A stretch of 64,000 nt of DNA, from contig NOWV01000267.1 in NCBI GenBank assembly GCA_003344405.1, forward strand, positions 1 through 64,000. The letters run 5' to 3'. The translations under genes and the position numbers were made by a program. Below, piece after piece: positions 13,101 to 28,400 of the stretch. The notes beneath the pieces were generated by a model that saw only the letters and a program-made list of their open reading frames with translations, made no database searches and had not been told where the DNA came from. The DNA comes from Trichoplax sp. H2. Taxonomy: Eukaryota. Each line of letters begins with the position of its first letter. The first letter of the stretch is position 1.

Positions 13101-15468
13101 TATTAATTTTTTATCTTCGCATCATTCAAATAGCTTTTACCCTAAAAAATGGTGGGAACGTTTTGATTCCAAGTTATCCAACGGTGATTTAGCTAAATAT
13201 TATGACACGTATATTACAACACATATATATATTAATTCACCTTTAGTAAGAAAACTTATGTTGTCGCTATTTTATAGGGAATTATTTACGACTTACTAGA
13301 ATGCTTGTGCACGTTCATGGATCAATCAGGTCTCGGGAATATACCAATTTATTTTATTTCCCCTGTAGCTGATAGTTCTTTGGCTTTCTCCAATATTTAT
13401 GGGGAATGGTAATTTATACACAATATTAAAATTCCGTGAATTAAAACCATTTACTTCATATTAACTATTTTTATATTCCGTTTACTACATATTTCGATGT
13501 CTGGGTACCAGGCTTTGCAACACGAAGCAAGATAAAGTCTATTTACCTGAGCCACCTTTCATCCACGCCGATGTAACACTAAGCTTATAACGATTTATAC
13601 TATATAACGTTAATTTGTTAAAACGGAGAGGTAAATATTAAGATTTTCAATGCCCTCCTATTTTACAGTTGGTCAAGACGAAAAGGTTGCAACATTTCCC
13701 TAATTTACAAGGTAATTTTAATCTCTAAGAATTAATACCAAGCAGTGGACTAAATAACGGACTAAAATTTATTTTTACATACTATAGATGGCTTTGGAGA
13801 TGTGTTTAGTCAGCCATGTGTCGTTTTTGCTGGACATCCTTGCTTACGGATTGGTGACGCTGTTCATTTTATGGAAATGTGGAGAAACGACGAAAAAAGT
13901 TCTGTGATTTTTATAGGTACGTTCATTGGTACGGGTTGGATACTATACTGTTGTACAGTATTCCAAATGATTACTATTAACGACTAAATTTACAGTATAT
14001 TATTGTATGTAATACTTGTGCTAACCTTGAAGTTAAATCTTTTGATATACAAATATAGAACCGGATTTCCCTTACGAAGACGCCCTAGCACCGTTTCAAC
14101 CACTTAGTATGAAAGTAGGTATCTAATGGTAAATTCTGTAGATACTTATGACACGTAATGAATACATTGTTATTCTTTAGGCATTTTACTGTCCCATCGA
14201 TCATCGGTTAAATTTTAATCAGGTCAACAAGTTACTTCAAGATATAAAGGTATGCTGTATGATTGTCAGGCATTTCCTTACGAGTCGGGTGTAAACAGCC
14301 TGAAATTCATAAAAAATAATTTTAACTATTTACTATCTTAATAACGTTGATACTTTTGTTAAAGCCACAACGTTTAGTTTTACCTGAGAGCTATGTCAGG
14401 CCTTATGACGCATTTGGTCGTCGAATTGAACATTACGTTAACGCGGTGAGATTTCATTATACCTACAATACAAGGCAATAATATTGCAATCTGGTATGAA
14501 TTTGTATTTGTCCTGTTTGTAAGTAATTTCTGTTGTGTTTTAGAGTGTTCCTACCCACCCGTATAATAAAGGTGATGTTTTAGCTTTGCCGTTAAAAAGA
14601 CAGTATGAAAAAGTTGTCATTAGTAATGAGGTATCCTAGAAAAATTTTGATTTCATAATAGATTCCTGTGCTACTTGCAACTTTGTATAGTCTATATTTC
14701 TTATTACGAATAACATTTTTTGTTAGTTAGCAAGCCAGCTGCATTTATCAGAAGTAAACAATTCAACTTTAATTGCTTCCGTGAGAGGATCATTGCATGT
14801 GTGTGACAATAAGCACACCCTTGAAGTGAATGATAGGTAAGCGTGCTTGCTTTGTAATGTTATTTGATACCCTGCAATAACATATTGAAACTGTCACCTA
14901 AGTCCGTCGTTTTATTACAGTAAAAATATAGTAGAGGATCACAACGACTATCTGTGCGGGAAAATTGCGGTAGATGAATTGTTGAGTCGACTTTCTAAGG
15001 TTACTACTTTTACGTATAGTGCTTCGGCTATGCTGCATCTTTTATAACTTAGTAATAGAAACTTGAAACCATTTATTCAATATTTTGAAATGCAGTTGGG
15101 AATGTCGAACATTTCATCGGAAAGAACTGTCGCTGGTTATTCAATATTTATGGTTAGTATCTATATATAGACTTTGGGAATACCTGTCAATACCAATATT
15201 TAACATATATATATATATTGTGTACGAGTGTATTAATGATTCTGTTAGGAATGTCTAGTGTAAATAGATTTCGTAAGCTATTACTAATTCTTATAAATGA
15301 CGTTAATTTTTAATATTTTAAAAACATGGCTGCTGATAGAATTCTGAAAATGCAGAAGATGCTCACATAATGCTAGAAGATGATTGCACGCATGTCATAA
15401 CTCATGGTAACGAAGATTTACGTCGTCGAATAAGAGATTGCATTGTAGACTGCCTGACACACTTGTAA
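10188..15468 (+). CDS. INTS9: Integrator complex subunit 9 (MBL/beta-CASP fold), about 20 short exons
   Basis: [177 protein letters not shown]; ends [15 protein letters not shown] (TAA 15466-15468). Confidence 0.93.
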
Positions 15469-17139
15469 AGTATGCCTTCTATGGAAGTTATCCGATTTCG
15501 TCAGTTGCCTACTGAAAGAGGTTTAGCACGCTACATTAACATACTATTTAGACGTCACAAGTAGGCAGGCTTTGGTATTGATAATGGAATCTACAACGTA
15601 ACCTAAATACAATTAAAATTGAAGTTCTTGTAATATCAGTAACCAGCATCTGCTTACGTTATTTCGATACTGATAACGCCTAGAATTTGGTGGCAAATAA
15701 GGCAATTTATCTTGACTATGAGTACATCGAAGCTTTGTATTGAAAGTATTTGTAAAGCAATTGATTTGATTATGACTTTTGTTATATCCTATAGTATATT
15801 TATTGTATATAGTGAAAGTTTCTTTGAAGTCTGAAATGGACGTTATCTTGCTTACTTCTATAATTGATCTAGAATTATTGGTTAATTTCGTGTTGAGTAT
15901 ATGTTGTAATATATGAGAAAACAGCAAAAGAATAGACTTAAAAATGTAATTTATTTAATGTTAGTTCGATTTGTCGATAAACGGAGCTGTTATTCGAAGT
16001 TGGTGACGTATGATATAGTCATATTATTGGTTTGTTATTATTGTGAGGATAAATTTTCAGACTTAGATCAATCATGATTTGAGGTTATGACAACATTGTT
16101 CATTTTTAATCTGTAAATTATAAATAGTTGCAGATTGCATTCTACACCTACGAACTAGTGCGAAGTACACTGTATAAAATAATTATGCTGTACTGTACAT
16201 ACACGTATAAATATGCTACGTCATTTGTATTCGTATAACATTGTAATTAACGTATTGTAAATCATGTTCACCATAAAAATATTGCAGTAATTTTACGTTG
16301 TAATATATAGTTATATTATATGCACGTATATGGTAACTTGGAGTGACAATTAAATAAAGTTTATGTTTTGAAGTTGTTTGATTATTGAACCGGTTGATGA
16401 TGCCTCCTTGTTACTTGGCTGAATAGAGTGTGCTATTCATTGCGCAGTCATTAAGTATTCCACTATACATAACCGAACAGTAATATGATAATATGGATTT
16501 ATTAGTAGAAATTTTTTATTTGCAATATCTTCAACAGTGTTTGTAAAATAAATTCTATTGCGAGTTATTAGTCATCATTGAGTCTTGGAAGCCTTGACTA
16601 CAGTGATGGGCCACTAGAAGAAGACCATGCTATGGTGTTGTATCTGCCCGAATTTGGCCAATTGAACATACAAAAGAATGTAGTTAAGTTACGTATTGAT
16701 ATGGATAGAGGAAAGAGAATTTACTAAGCGACTTTGAGAGCTTTAGAGATTATATTGAGCTAGGATCCGCATACAGCTGAGTGATATGCATCGAATTGGA
16801 TCCCTTGAAACTGGAAATCCTTGCATATATAGGAAGTTTGTTTTACAATGATAGCATTTCCCTAGCCGCGAAATAAAGTCCCACAGGTGCAATCCTCAAC
16901 TTCTCCGCAACATTAGCAAAAAATTGCACTTCACGCAGTATCATCATCCCAATATAGAAGCACAGGTAACATTCATGCTGTAACTAAATATAATCTTTGC
17001 CTACTCACTCTGTTCAATTCTAGTCCAATAAAATGTATTTGGCCAATAATGCCAACTCAAGTGTGAGCTATACTGAAGAATGCAAGCTGGATAAATTGAT
17101 TTAGTTAGATAAATTAGTCGTTCGCAGGACGGGTACTAC

Positions 17140-17793
17140 CGATAGTTATTACAATAACTTTCGCATTGATTTTCCTAGTCTGTAGCGAGTATTTATTATA
17201 TATTATATACGTAAGGAAGGATAAGGATTACCAATATCGACTATATCATGATTTATCATATTGATCCGTTGCCGGGTTGCGAAAGCAACTTGGATACAGA
17301 TTTACTACTTTGATTTTCCTAGTCTGTAGCGAGTATTTATTATATATTATATACGCGCATTGATTTTCCTAGTCTGTAGCGAGTATTTATTATATATTAT
17401 ATACGTAAGGAAGGATAAGGATTACCAACATCGACTATATCATGATTTATCATATTGATCCGTTGCCGGGTTGCAAAAGCAACTTGGATACAGATTTACT
17501 ACTTTGATTTTCCTAGTCTGTAGCGAGTATTTATTATATATTATATACGTAAGGAAGGATAAGGATTACCAACATCGACTATATCATGATTTATCATATT
17601 GATCCGTTGCCGGGTTGCGAAAGCAACTTGGATACAGATTTACTACTTTGATTTTCCTAGTCTGTAGCGAGTATTTATTATATATTATATACGTAAGGAA
17701 GGATAAGGATTACCAATATTGACTATATCATGATTTATCATATTGATCCGTTGCCGGGTTGCGAAAGCAACTTGGATACAGATTTAACTATCG
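17140..17793. mobile_element. Non-autonomous element with short subterminal inverted repeats and an internal 144-bp tandem array (DINE-1/HINE-like architecture)
   Basis: CGATAGTTA (17140-17148) and TAACTATCG (17785-17793) are inverted, and the 5' end folds as CGATAGTTATT-AC-AATAACTTTCG. Near-identical 144-bp units start at 17167, 17361, 17505 and 17649, plus a ~50-bp truncated unit at 17311. The repeat is certain; the family assignment is inferred. Confidence 0.55.
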
Positions 17794-18060
17794 TATTCTA
17801 AAGTCTGGACGATCAACGCTTATCGTATATGACCCCAAACAGCAGTAAAAAAACTCTATTACTACTATTGTCGCTGACCACACTCGCTGACAGTCTATCA
17901 CCCAAGGCCGTCTGTCCGTACTGGATGATTGGATACAGGACATAGACCAGCAATGTGGGAAAAGGAAGTACGGCACTAGTGACTTCTGGAGGCAATCAGG
18001 CGGCTGTCGTTGTCCTTAACTGGGCTGCATAAACATTGAAATCAGCTTATCCAAAGCAAA

Positions 18061-21000
18061 ATGGAAGCCAAAGCACATAGGAACGAAGGTAAAAATGGAT
18101 AGAAAAGCTCGAAGGTGTTGCTAGGATAGAGGGTAGTCAAATAATTCTGTGTAGGAGTAGTTGTATCGAGTTAAAATTTCAAGTAGAACGATACCGGTCC
18201 CAATTTTCAAGACGCCATTAGCGTTGGTGTTAGTGGATTGTCGTAGTGGATCAATCCAATGGTTTTCGTTTTGGTAGATGGATATGAGGAGATGGCTGCA
18301 GCCAGTTTATAAGCTCGATCTCCGAGTTAGTGAAGAGCAGGATTTACTTCATAGTCCTATTTGTTGGAATATTTTTTTACTGAGTAGTCTTATCCAGTTA
18401 AAATTTCTAGTAGAACGATGCCAGTCCAAATGATCTGGACGACATGAGCGTGCTAATTGCTTGGCGTTTACTTGACTGTCTCAGTGGATCGATCCAATGG
18501 TTTTCGTTTTGGTAGACGGGTATGAGTAGATGACAGCAGCCAGTTTATAAGCTCGATCTCCGAGTTAGTGAAGAGCAGGATTTACTTCATAGTCCTTTAC
18601 TGTTGGAATACTCTCTTACTGAGCAGTCTTATCCAGTTAAAATTTGAAGTACAACGATGCTAGTCCAAATGATCTGGACGACATCAGCGTGCTAATTGCT
18701 TGGCGTTAGTTGACTGTCTCAGTGGATCAATCCGATGGTTTTCCTTTTAATAGACGGGTATGAGGAGATGACAACGGCCAGCCTGTAAGCTCGATCTCCA
18801 AGCTGGTGAAGAGCAGAATTTACTTCATACTGTTGCAACATTCTCTTACTGAGTAGTCTTATCCAGTTAAAATTTCAAGCAGAATGATGCCGGTCGAAAT
18901 TATCTGCACACCCATTAGCGTGCTAATGGCGTTAGTTGACTGTCAATTGACGCAGCAGATCGATCATAAGATCGAATGGTTTTAGTAGACGGGTATGGGC
19001 TGTAGGATATGGCAACAGCCAGTCTATAAACTCCATCTCCGAACTGGTTAAGAGTAGGATTGACTTCATAGCCCTTTACCATTAGAGCATTGTCTTACTA
19101 GCAGACTTGATAGATTTACTATTAGGAAATTGATTTAACCAATATGAAAAAGGCTTAAAATTCGGATGCTGTTGTCTTGAATTCTGGTTGTATTCCTTGA
19201 AGTGGCGATGTCTTGTTGCTATAACATTCCATCCATACGTCATACGTTGTTTTTGGGAGGGGGGATGAGAAATTCATGTGAAATTAAATCAGCTAACATC
19301 GATATACCATACAATATTTTTTTTGGAGGGAGGGACGGCGGTCGGTGAGAAATTGATGTGGAATTAAATCAGCTGAAATAGAACTAAGCTGCTTCGCGTT
19401 TTCTTTTCTCATCATTCGCAGTCTTACTGTGGATGTTATTGATTGAATCGGCAACGATACTAATTGATCATTACTCTGTTAGGAAACGTTAACGAAGAAG
19501 GTTCAGATGCTAGAAAGAAATCGAAAAAGGCTCAGAAACATCAAGATGATGCTAGCCCAGATACGAGAAGCGTAAGATTCGAAGAATCCAAGAGTAACAA
19601 AAAGAAGCAAGGAAATAAACGTCAAGTAATTTTGTTGATGTGCTTGTTTGTAATGATATGAAATAATACTGCATTAGCAAGAGTATTGCCATTTCCTTAT
19701 TCGTTATTAGACATACAAAATGGACATGATATCATTATTCATTTCTCTTTCCTTCTGCATTAAGCGTTATACTTGCGTAAAATTGAATGCTATGCACCCC
19801 TTCTATGATATTACGGCTTTGCTGTAGTCCATTTTGAATTATCATGCGCTATCATTCAAGTGATATACCCTTAGTACTCTTATGATAATCAATAACGATT
19901 TACTATCATGTAGTCTCTAAAAGAAAATATAAATATGTAAAATAAGAGAAAATTCAGTAGATGTTGTATCCGCTTACGAATGATGCCAATTATTTATACA
20001 ACGCTGAGGGCTCTTACAGTAACTCCATGCCCAGTCCATGCCATTTAATTGTAGATAATTTGTAGTCATAACAACGAAATGGACTGTATTACTTCGACAA
20101 CATAATCTGCAATTTTCAATAGTCTCCTAGATACTGTAATACTTATAAATAATCCAACCTAATTTTAATCATTTAGTACGATAATCAGTTGTTAAATGCT
20201 ACATGTTTAAAGCATTCTATGGCTTTACAAATTGGAGAGTTTAAGAGCAACTTTGGTATAATGCGATAATGTCATACACTTTTGTCATAGGAACCGAAAA
20301 GCAACAGCAAACCTCCACCTACTGGAGGGTCACGCTCAGTTCGACCCCGAGTCAGTTCTATGCTTCAGGCTGATGATCAGAAAGTTTTAGCAAAATATGC
20401 CAAGTCGTTACAAAAACAACAGGTAGGAAACTTGTAAACTATTTATAAATTACTGCTATATATTTAAATACTATTTCTAGGTATCAAAGAGTGGCTGTTG
20501 TTAGTAAATGGCGACTTCTCGTTTACCGGTTGTTAACAGTATCGAGTGGTTTTAATAAACTATCAAAACTTTTCACTCAGGTTCCACAGCGGAAAACGAT
20601 ACAGAAACAAGTTGAAATGTTTGCACATTTATATCAGTATGCTCCTGATACTTTAACCCATAATATTAGGTAAATTCTTTCGTGTAATATTGAGGAGAGA
20701 TGTTCTTACTCCTGGTCTAATATTAAATGATTTGCTTGCATGGCATTGAGCTGACCTTTGTAGCCTACAATACTTTTTTTCTACTTTTATTTAGCTTTTC
20801 AACATCTGTTATACATCCTGCAATCATTAAATTGGGTTTACAATACGCCGAAGGAATTATTTGTGGCTCTAACGCACGCTGTGTAGCATTATTAGCTGCC
20901 TTGAAGAAGGTATTATTCAATTTATTTTATTTAAGGTGTATCATTTTTCTGTCAATGCCTCAAAAAAATATATAACATACTTGATTTCACGAAAAGTTAA

Positions 21001-23062
21001 ACTATAGCCATGCGAAAGGATGTAAATTCCCTTCACTAGCAATATTTCTTTATAGTTTTTGATAAACTTATCTATTAATTATTATTATTCGATGGTTTTT
21101 AACTTATTCTTGGCTCTATCGTAACGAATCTATAGGTTATACATGACTATCAGGTTCCATCGCAAAGGGTTTTATCACGCGATCTTGAGCAAAAGTTAAA
21201 ACCTTGTATAACGTAAGTATTTCTAAATGTAACCCTGTGGATAAAACCAATAGGTCAATGTTGTTAAATGACGATTTTAAGATAGGTTACTGGATCTTTT
21301 GATAATAGTCGGGTTTTATAGCATTAGCGGAAATGTGTATCGTTGATTGTCGAAGTTCATGTTGATAAATGTTGCACTAAAATCATGCACATCTAGACTG
21401 ATAGCTGCCTCAGTGATTGCGGTATTTACAGTACAGTAACTTCTTTGCACTAAAAACAGTTCTCTGCTACTTCTAAACAGGTTTTTGCAACAATGTAGAC
21501 CCTTGTCAGTAAGTATGGGATCTGCAATTAAACACATCAAGTTGCAAATAAGTGAGATATCTCCAGATGTATCAGAAAAAGAGGTATTTGGCAAGAAGTA
21601 TTTTTTATTGTTTATTTAACAGTAAAATATAAACTACAAGCTTTATGACAACACATACATATTTTTAACAATTCAGGCAAAGGACAGGCTCTGTAACAGT
21701 ATTGATAGATTTTATAATGAGAGGATCAAATATGCTGACGAATCGATTTCAAAGACTTATGCCTCAACTAAGATTAATGACAATGAAGTCATTTTGGTTT
21801 ATTCATTGTAATTAATTACTAAAAATAATAATAATGAATTAAATAATGCGTATGCAATATAGATACGGGTATATCATATAACGTTAGACTTCCACGTCAG
21901 TAATCAAGGGTGACTATATCCCATTATATTATTACTAGCTCGTCATTGGTACTAAAGATATTAACCGATGCGCATGAAAAGAAGAAAAAATTTCGCGTGA
22001 TAGTTGTTGACAGTCGCCCAAAGCTTGAAGGTATATTTTTGTTGATTAAAATTTATGTTGGTGTGTGATAAGACAGCAATGTTAATGCGTTTGTAATCAA
22101 CGAAAATTTTACGCTTACTGTCATATTGATAATGTTGCCTTGTATTGATGTCATTCATAGGTCGTGAACTTGTTAACCGCTTAGTTAAGACTGGCATTCA
22201 TTGTTCCTATGTATTAATCAATGCAGTTTCTTACGTAATGAAAGAGGTTTGTAATGTTGATGCCAAGTATAGACGGAACATTATCACTTCAATACTATCT
22301 CATTTTAGTTACTTTAGAGAAGTGTCAAGTGTAACATCTATTAGTAAGAACTGCTTAAGTCTTGTAGCATTTTCTGATTTATAGTGGTATCTTTACTAGT
22401 TTTATTTGTAAGAAATTCTTTTTGTTACATGTTAAAGGTTACGATGATTTTACTGGGCGCTCATGCATTGCTAGCTAATGGATATGTAATGTCCCGAGTC
22501 GGAACTGCTCTAGTTGCTTCAGTAGCCCATTCGTATAATGTCCCTGTTCTCGTGTGCTGTGAAACGTACAAATTTCATGAACGTGTACAGACTGATGCAT
22601 TCGTTTTTAACGAGCTAGGTATATTGAGAATATAGTCTACGTATTATGATACCTCTCACGCGCTGTTTATGTTTAAATGATAAAATGTTGTGAATCTAGC
22701 GATAAGCTACATATCATTCATGATGAAGTGCCTAATATTGCGACTACGCGTAGATGAATATCTGATGTTATTCCGAATATGGAAAATTTGACTTCAATGC
22801 TGTATCGCATTTCAGGATACATTTAATTTCATTAATATTTTATTTTACTGATTGGATAGGTGATCCCGATGTTATGATCGATCTTGGGAACAGAAAAGAA
22901 GGCAGAGTATTGGATGAATGGCGAAGTATTGATTCTCTTCGTATCCTAAATCTATTATACGATGTTACACCTCCCGATTTCATTACTATGGTCATAACGG
23001 AAGTTGGCATGGTACCTTGTACATCCGTACCGGTTCTTCTGCGCGTAAAGCATTATAATTAA
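18061..23062 (+). CDS. EIF2B4: Translation initiation factor eIF-2B subunit delta, multi-exon
   Basis: Probable first exon MEAKAHRNE(G) 18061-18088 splices in phase to 19483 ([13 protein letters not shown]..). Later exons: [136 protein letters not shown]. Confidence 0.93.
18169..19109. repeat. ~230-240-bp tandem repeat, 4 diverged copies, in EIF2B4 intron 1
   Basis: AGTTAAAATTT(C/G) starts at 18169, 18396, 18635 and 18865. Shared blocks include AAGCTCGATCTCC and GTGAAGAGCAG(G/A)ATTTACTTCATA. Stop codons occur in the frames I translated. Confidence 0.9.
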
Positions 23063-23368
23063 TGTACAGTAATGGTGGATTCGATTTATTACTCTATATT
23101 TAAGTATAATCAACATGTGGAACCGAAAACAAAAAACCATTAGTAATTTCGATATTGCAAGTGATCGGATTCCTCTCGGACTTCATTCAATGGCTTTTGT
23201 GCGATATCTTTACCTGATATTGTTATGTACACTGTATGATATGTGCTATATTTGGTATAGTATTCCTGTGATGATGACAGTTAGTGTACTATAAAGGTGT
23301 ACATCGTAGATGTACAACATGAAATACTTACGGCTTATATACTACTTGGATATCATACTACCCGGTAA

Positions 23369-23414
23369 CAAGGACTTTTTAGGGAAAATTCGAATTTTCT
23401 CTTAAAAGTCCTTG
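23369..23414. mobile_element. 46-bp palindromic mini-MITE with 7-bp target-site duplication
   Basis: CAAGGACTTTTTAGGGAAAATT-CG-AATTTTCTCTTAAAAGTCCTTG is an almost perfect inverted repeat, flanked by CCGGTAA at 23362-23368 and 23415-23421. Confidence 0.75.
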
Positions 23415-24357
23415 CCGGTAACCGCAGTTAATACACGTGCAGTTTTTGACCATGTATCGTCATTGATTGTAAGAATGTGATGCGTACGTTATAAAATTTA
23501 CAATTAAGATTAAACACAATAAATGCTTCGATGTACATATGACATATACTACACAGGCTTATGAGGTATGCTTCGACTTGTACAACTTTAAGTAATCTTA
23601 AATAATCAAGTTTCTATATTTTGTTAAAAGAGTGATCGAAATCAAATCGTATTAATGCGATAGCACGTGTATCACACTGTCAGTATATACCGTGGAATTT
23701 CTACGAGTTTTGCTAGCGTTAACCTATACATATATAATAGCAATACAGTACTTTCAACGGACTAGTATATACGTCTCGGCAGTAATAAGCAATTCCGTAG
23801 TGACAAATAATGACCACGTAGATATGAATCACAGTTAATTACCGCTTCGTTGAACTTTGCGTGGTACTGCAATTTTGCATTATTTAGCTGCCTATGAACT
23901 GTGATAACCCTCTCAGTGAAGCGATAGGACGTTAAACTAGTGATTACTGTTGCCTGTGTTATCCATCGAAATCAGTGTAAAATCCTTATCATATTTAGTT
24001 TCCACGTTAGCATAGAATTGATCCCATTTTAATATCTTAGCCGATCACTGTGTAAGTTAACATGGTGCATACCTAATCTACCCATAGCTTCATCACAACT
24101 AACCCAGATCCACAATTCATGATATCATCGACTACTGTTACTGTTGGTTATAATTAGCAATTAAAAAATACTGTAGTATCTGGTTCAAAACTACATATTA
24201 AAAATAATTGTCTACAATTTTATTTATAGCAATTGCATATTTTTTCCAAAGTCAGTTTGATGGAATAAGCGTACACGTGAGCATCTATATTGATAAAAAT
24301 TGAATGATAGGAATTTGATAAGCAAGTCATTGATTTCAGTATCTTTAGAGCCAGCAA

Positions 24358-27186
<2,829 letters not shown>

Positions 27187-28293
27187 TCTTGCGATCAATT
27201 GCGAGAACGATGGTAGTAAGCGGGCGTAAGTAACGCGATGCGGTAGTGGATTAGTAGGGTACAACGGTGACCCCGACCCCGAGGGGTGTTGTGTCGTTTT
27301 GGTGACATTCCTTTTGTTGCGAGCTTGGTTACTAACGGCCATCTTATGTATCCATGGATGGTATATTCCTTGAAATAGGGTACGCTACTTTGATCACGGA
27401 ATTCAATTATGCGCGAAATTAATGTCACTCATCTCGGAGTCGACGCAGTACAGTACAGATTCTACTTTTACTACTGCAAAGTCAGAGCCTTACAGTTTGT
27501 ACCGTGTACAGTTCAGTACAGTTTGTACTGTAGCTTCCGGTGACTAATCACTCCTGACTACAGTCTCTACCCTACAGTACTTTAATATTGTACTGTACAG
27601 TCGACATGTGTCGTGCTTGCCTTCCATCCATCTGTAAGGCCAAAATCGGGCGGCCAAGAGACCGCCGGCCCCACCCGGCTATCCAAATTTCTTTCTCTCA
27701 TCTGGAATTAATCATGTTGCCGGCAACGCTAAAGCCTGTTCAATTTTATTATTGATTGATTTGTAAAGTAATAAGTACAAGTTGTACAACCGCATAAGTA
27801 TGCCAAATAGAACGAGTAAGGGTTGGACTAGTAATGTAACATCATTGATTGAAACCCGTTCCAATAGACAACCTTGAGCTTCGTTGATGTTCGTGTCTCA
27901 ACGATATTGATTGCTAGCCTAGATGTAATATTACATTCGACTCAATTTATTAATGTGGCGATTTTCTCAAGCTAAATATTCTTGCTTTTTAAAAATCAGT
28001 TGCTTATCATACATGAAGAGAACATAAATGTCCACTGTATGATATCGTCAATGCAATCCATTGGGTAGTAGATAGGATATACGTAGGTGTTCGCTTTCTA
28101 CTTCTTACCCGCCATGTTCATAGGTTTTCAAGGGTTGTTTACAGTTTATTGCAGTAAGTTGGAACACTTCCGGTAACATGCATCTTTCCATTTAGAATAC
28201 TGCATTAAGTCACGCTATTTCTTATACGCTACAGTATGAAGAGTGAGTCAACAGCAGTGAGCAGGACTATGTCCACATGGACATTAGGCTTTC

Positions 28294-28400
28294 GCCACAT
28301 CACTATTGGCCTGATCAGCCACGTAGCTATTAGCCTGGTTAGCCACGTAGCCATTAGCCTAGTTCGCCACGTAGCCATTAGTCTAGTTAGCCAAGTAACC
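28294..28400. repeat. 24-bp minisatellite (~4.5 copies) between AK2 and GGT
   Basis: GCCACGTAGCCATTAGCCTAGTTA-like units start at 28294, 28318, 28342, 28366 and 28390. They explain the repeated SHVAISLV in ORF 28236-28538. Confidence 0.85.

Noticed and set aside
15613..15927. 104-aa minus-strand ORF
   Set aside because: Non-ATG start, AT-rich low-complexity composition, antisense to the INTS9 3' region.
17167..17785. 144-bp array as a CRISPR array
   Set aside because: Whole units are repeated with no unique spacers; eukaryotic context with no cas genes.
18169..19109. Retrozyme or hammerhead array
   Set aside because: GTGAAGAG resembles but does not match the CUGANGA core, and no properly placed GAAA/NUH was found on either strand.
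21316..22197. Minus-strand ORFs within EIF2B4
   Set aside because: Antisense shadows of real plus-strand exons.
22720..22765. Box C/D snoRNA in the last EIF2B4 intron (ATGATGA..CTGA)
   Set aside because: Only 46 nt from box C to box D, with no convincing terminal stem and no rRNA guide I could identify. An Rfam or snoscan run would settle it.
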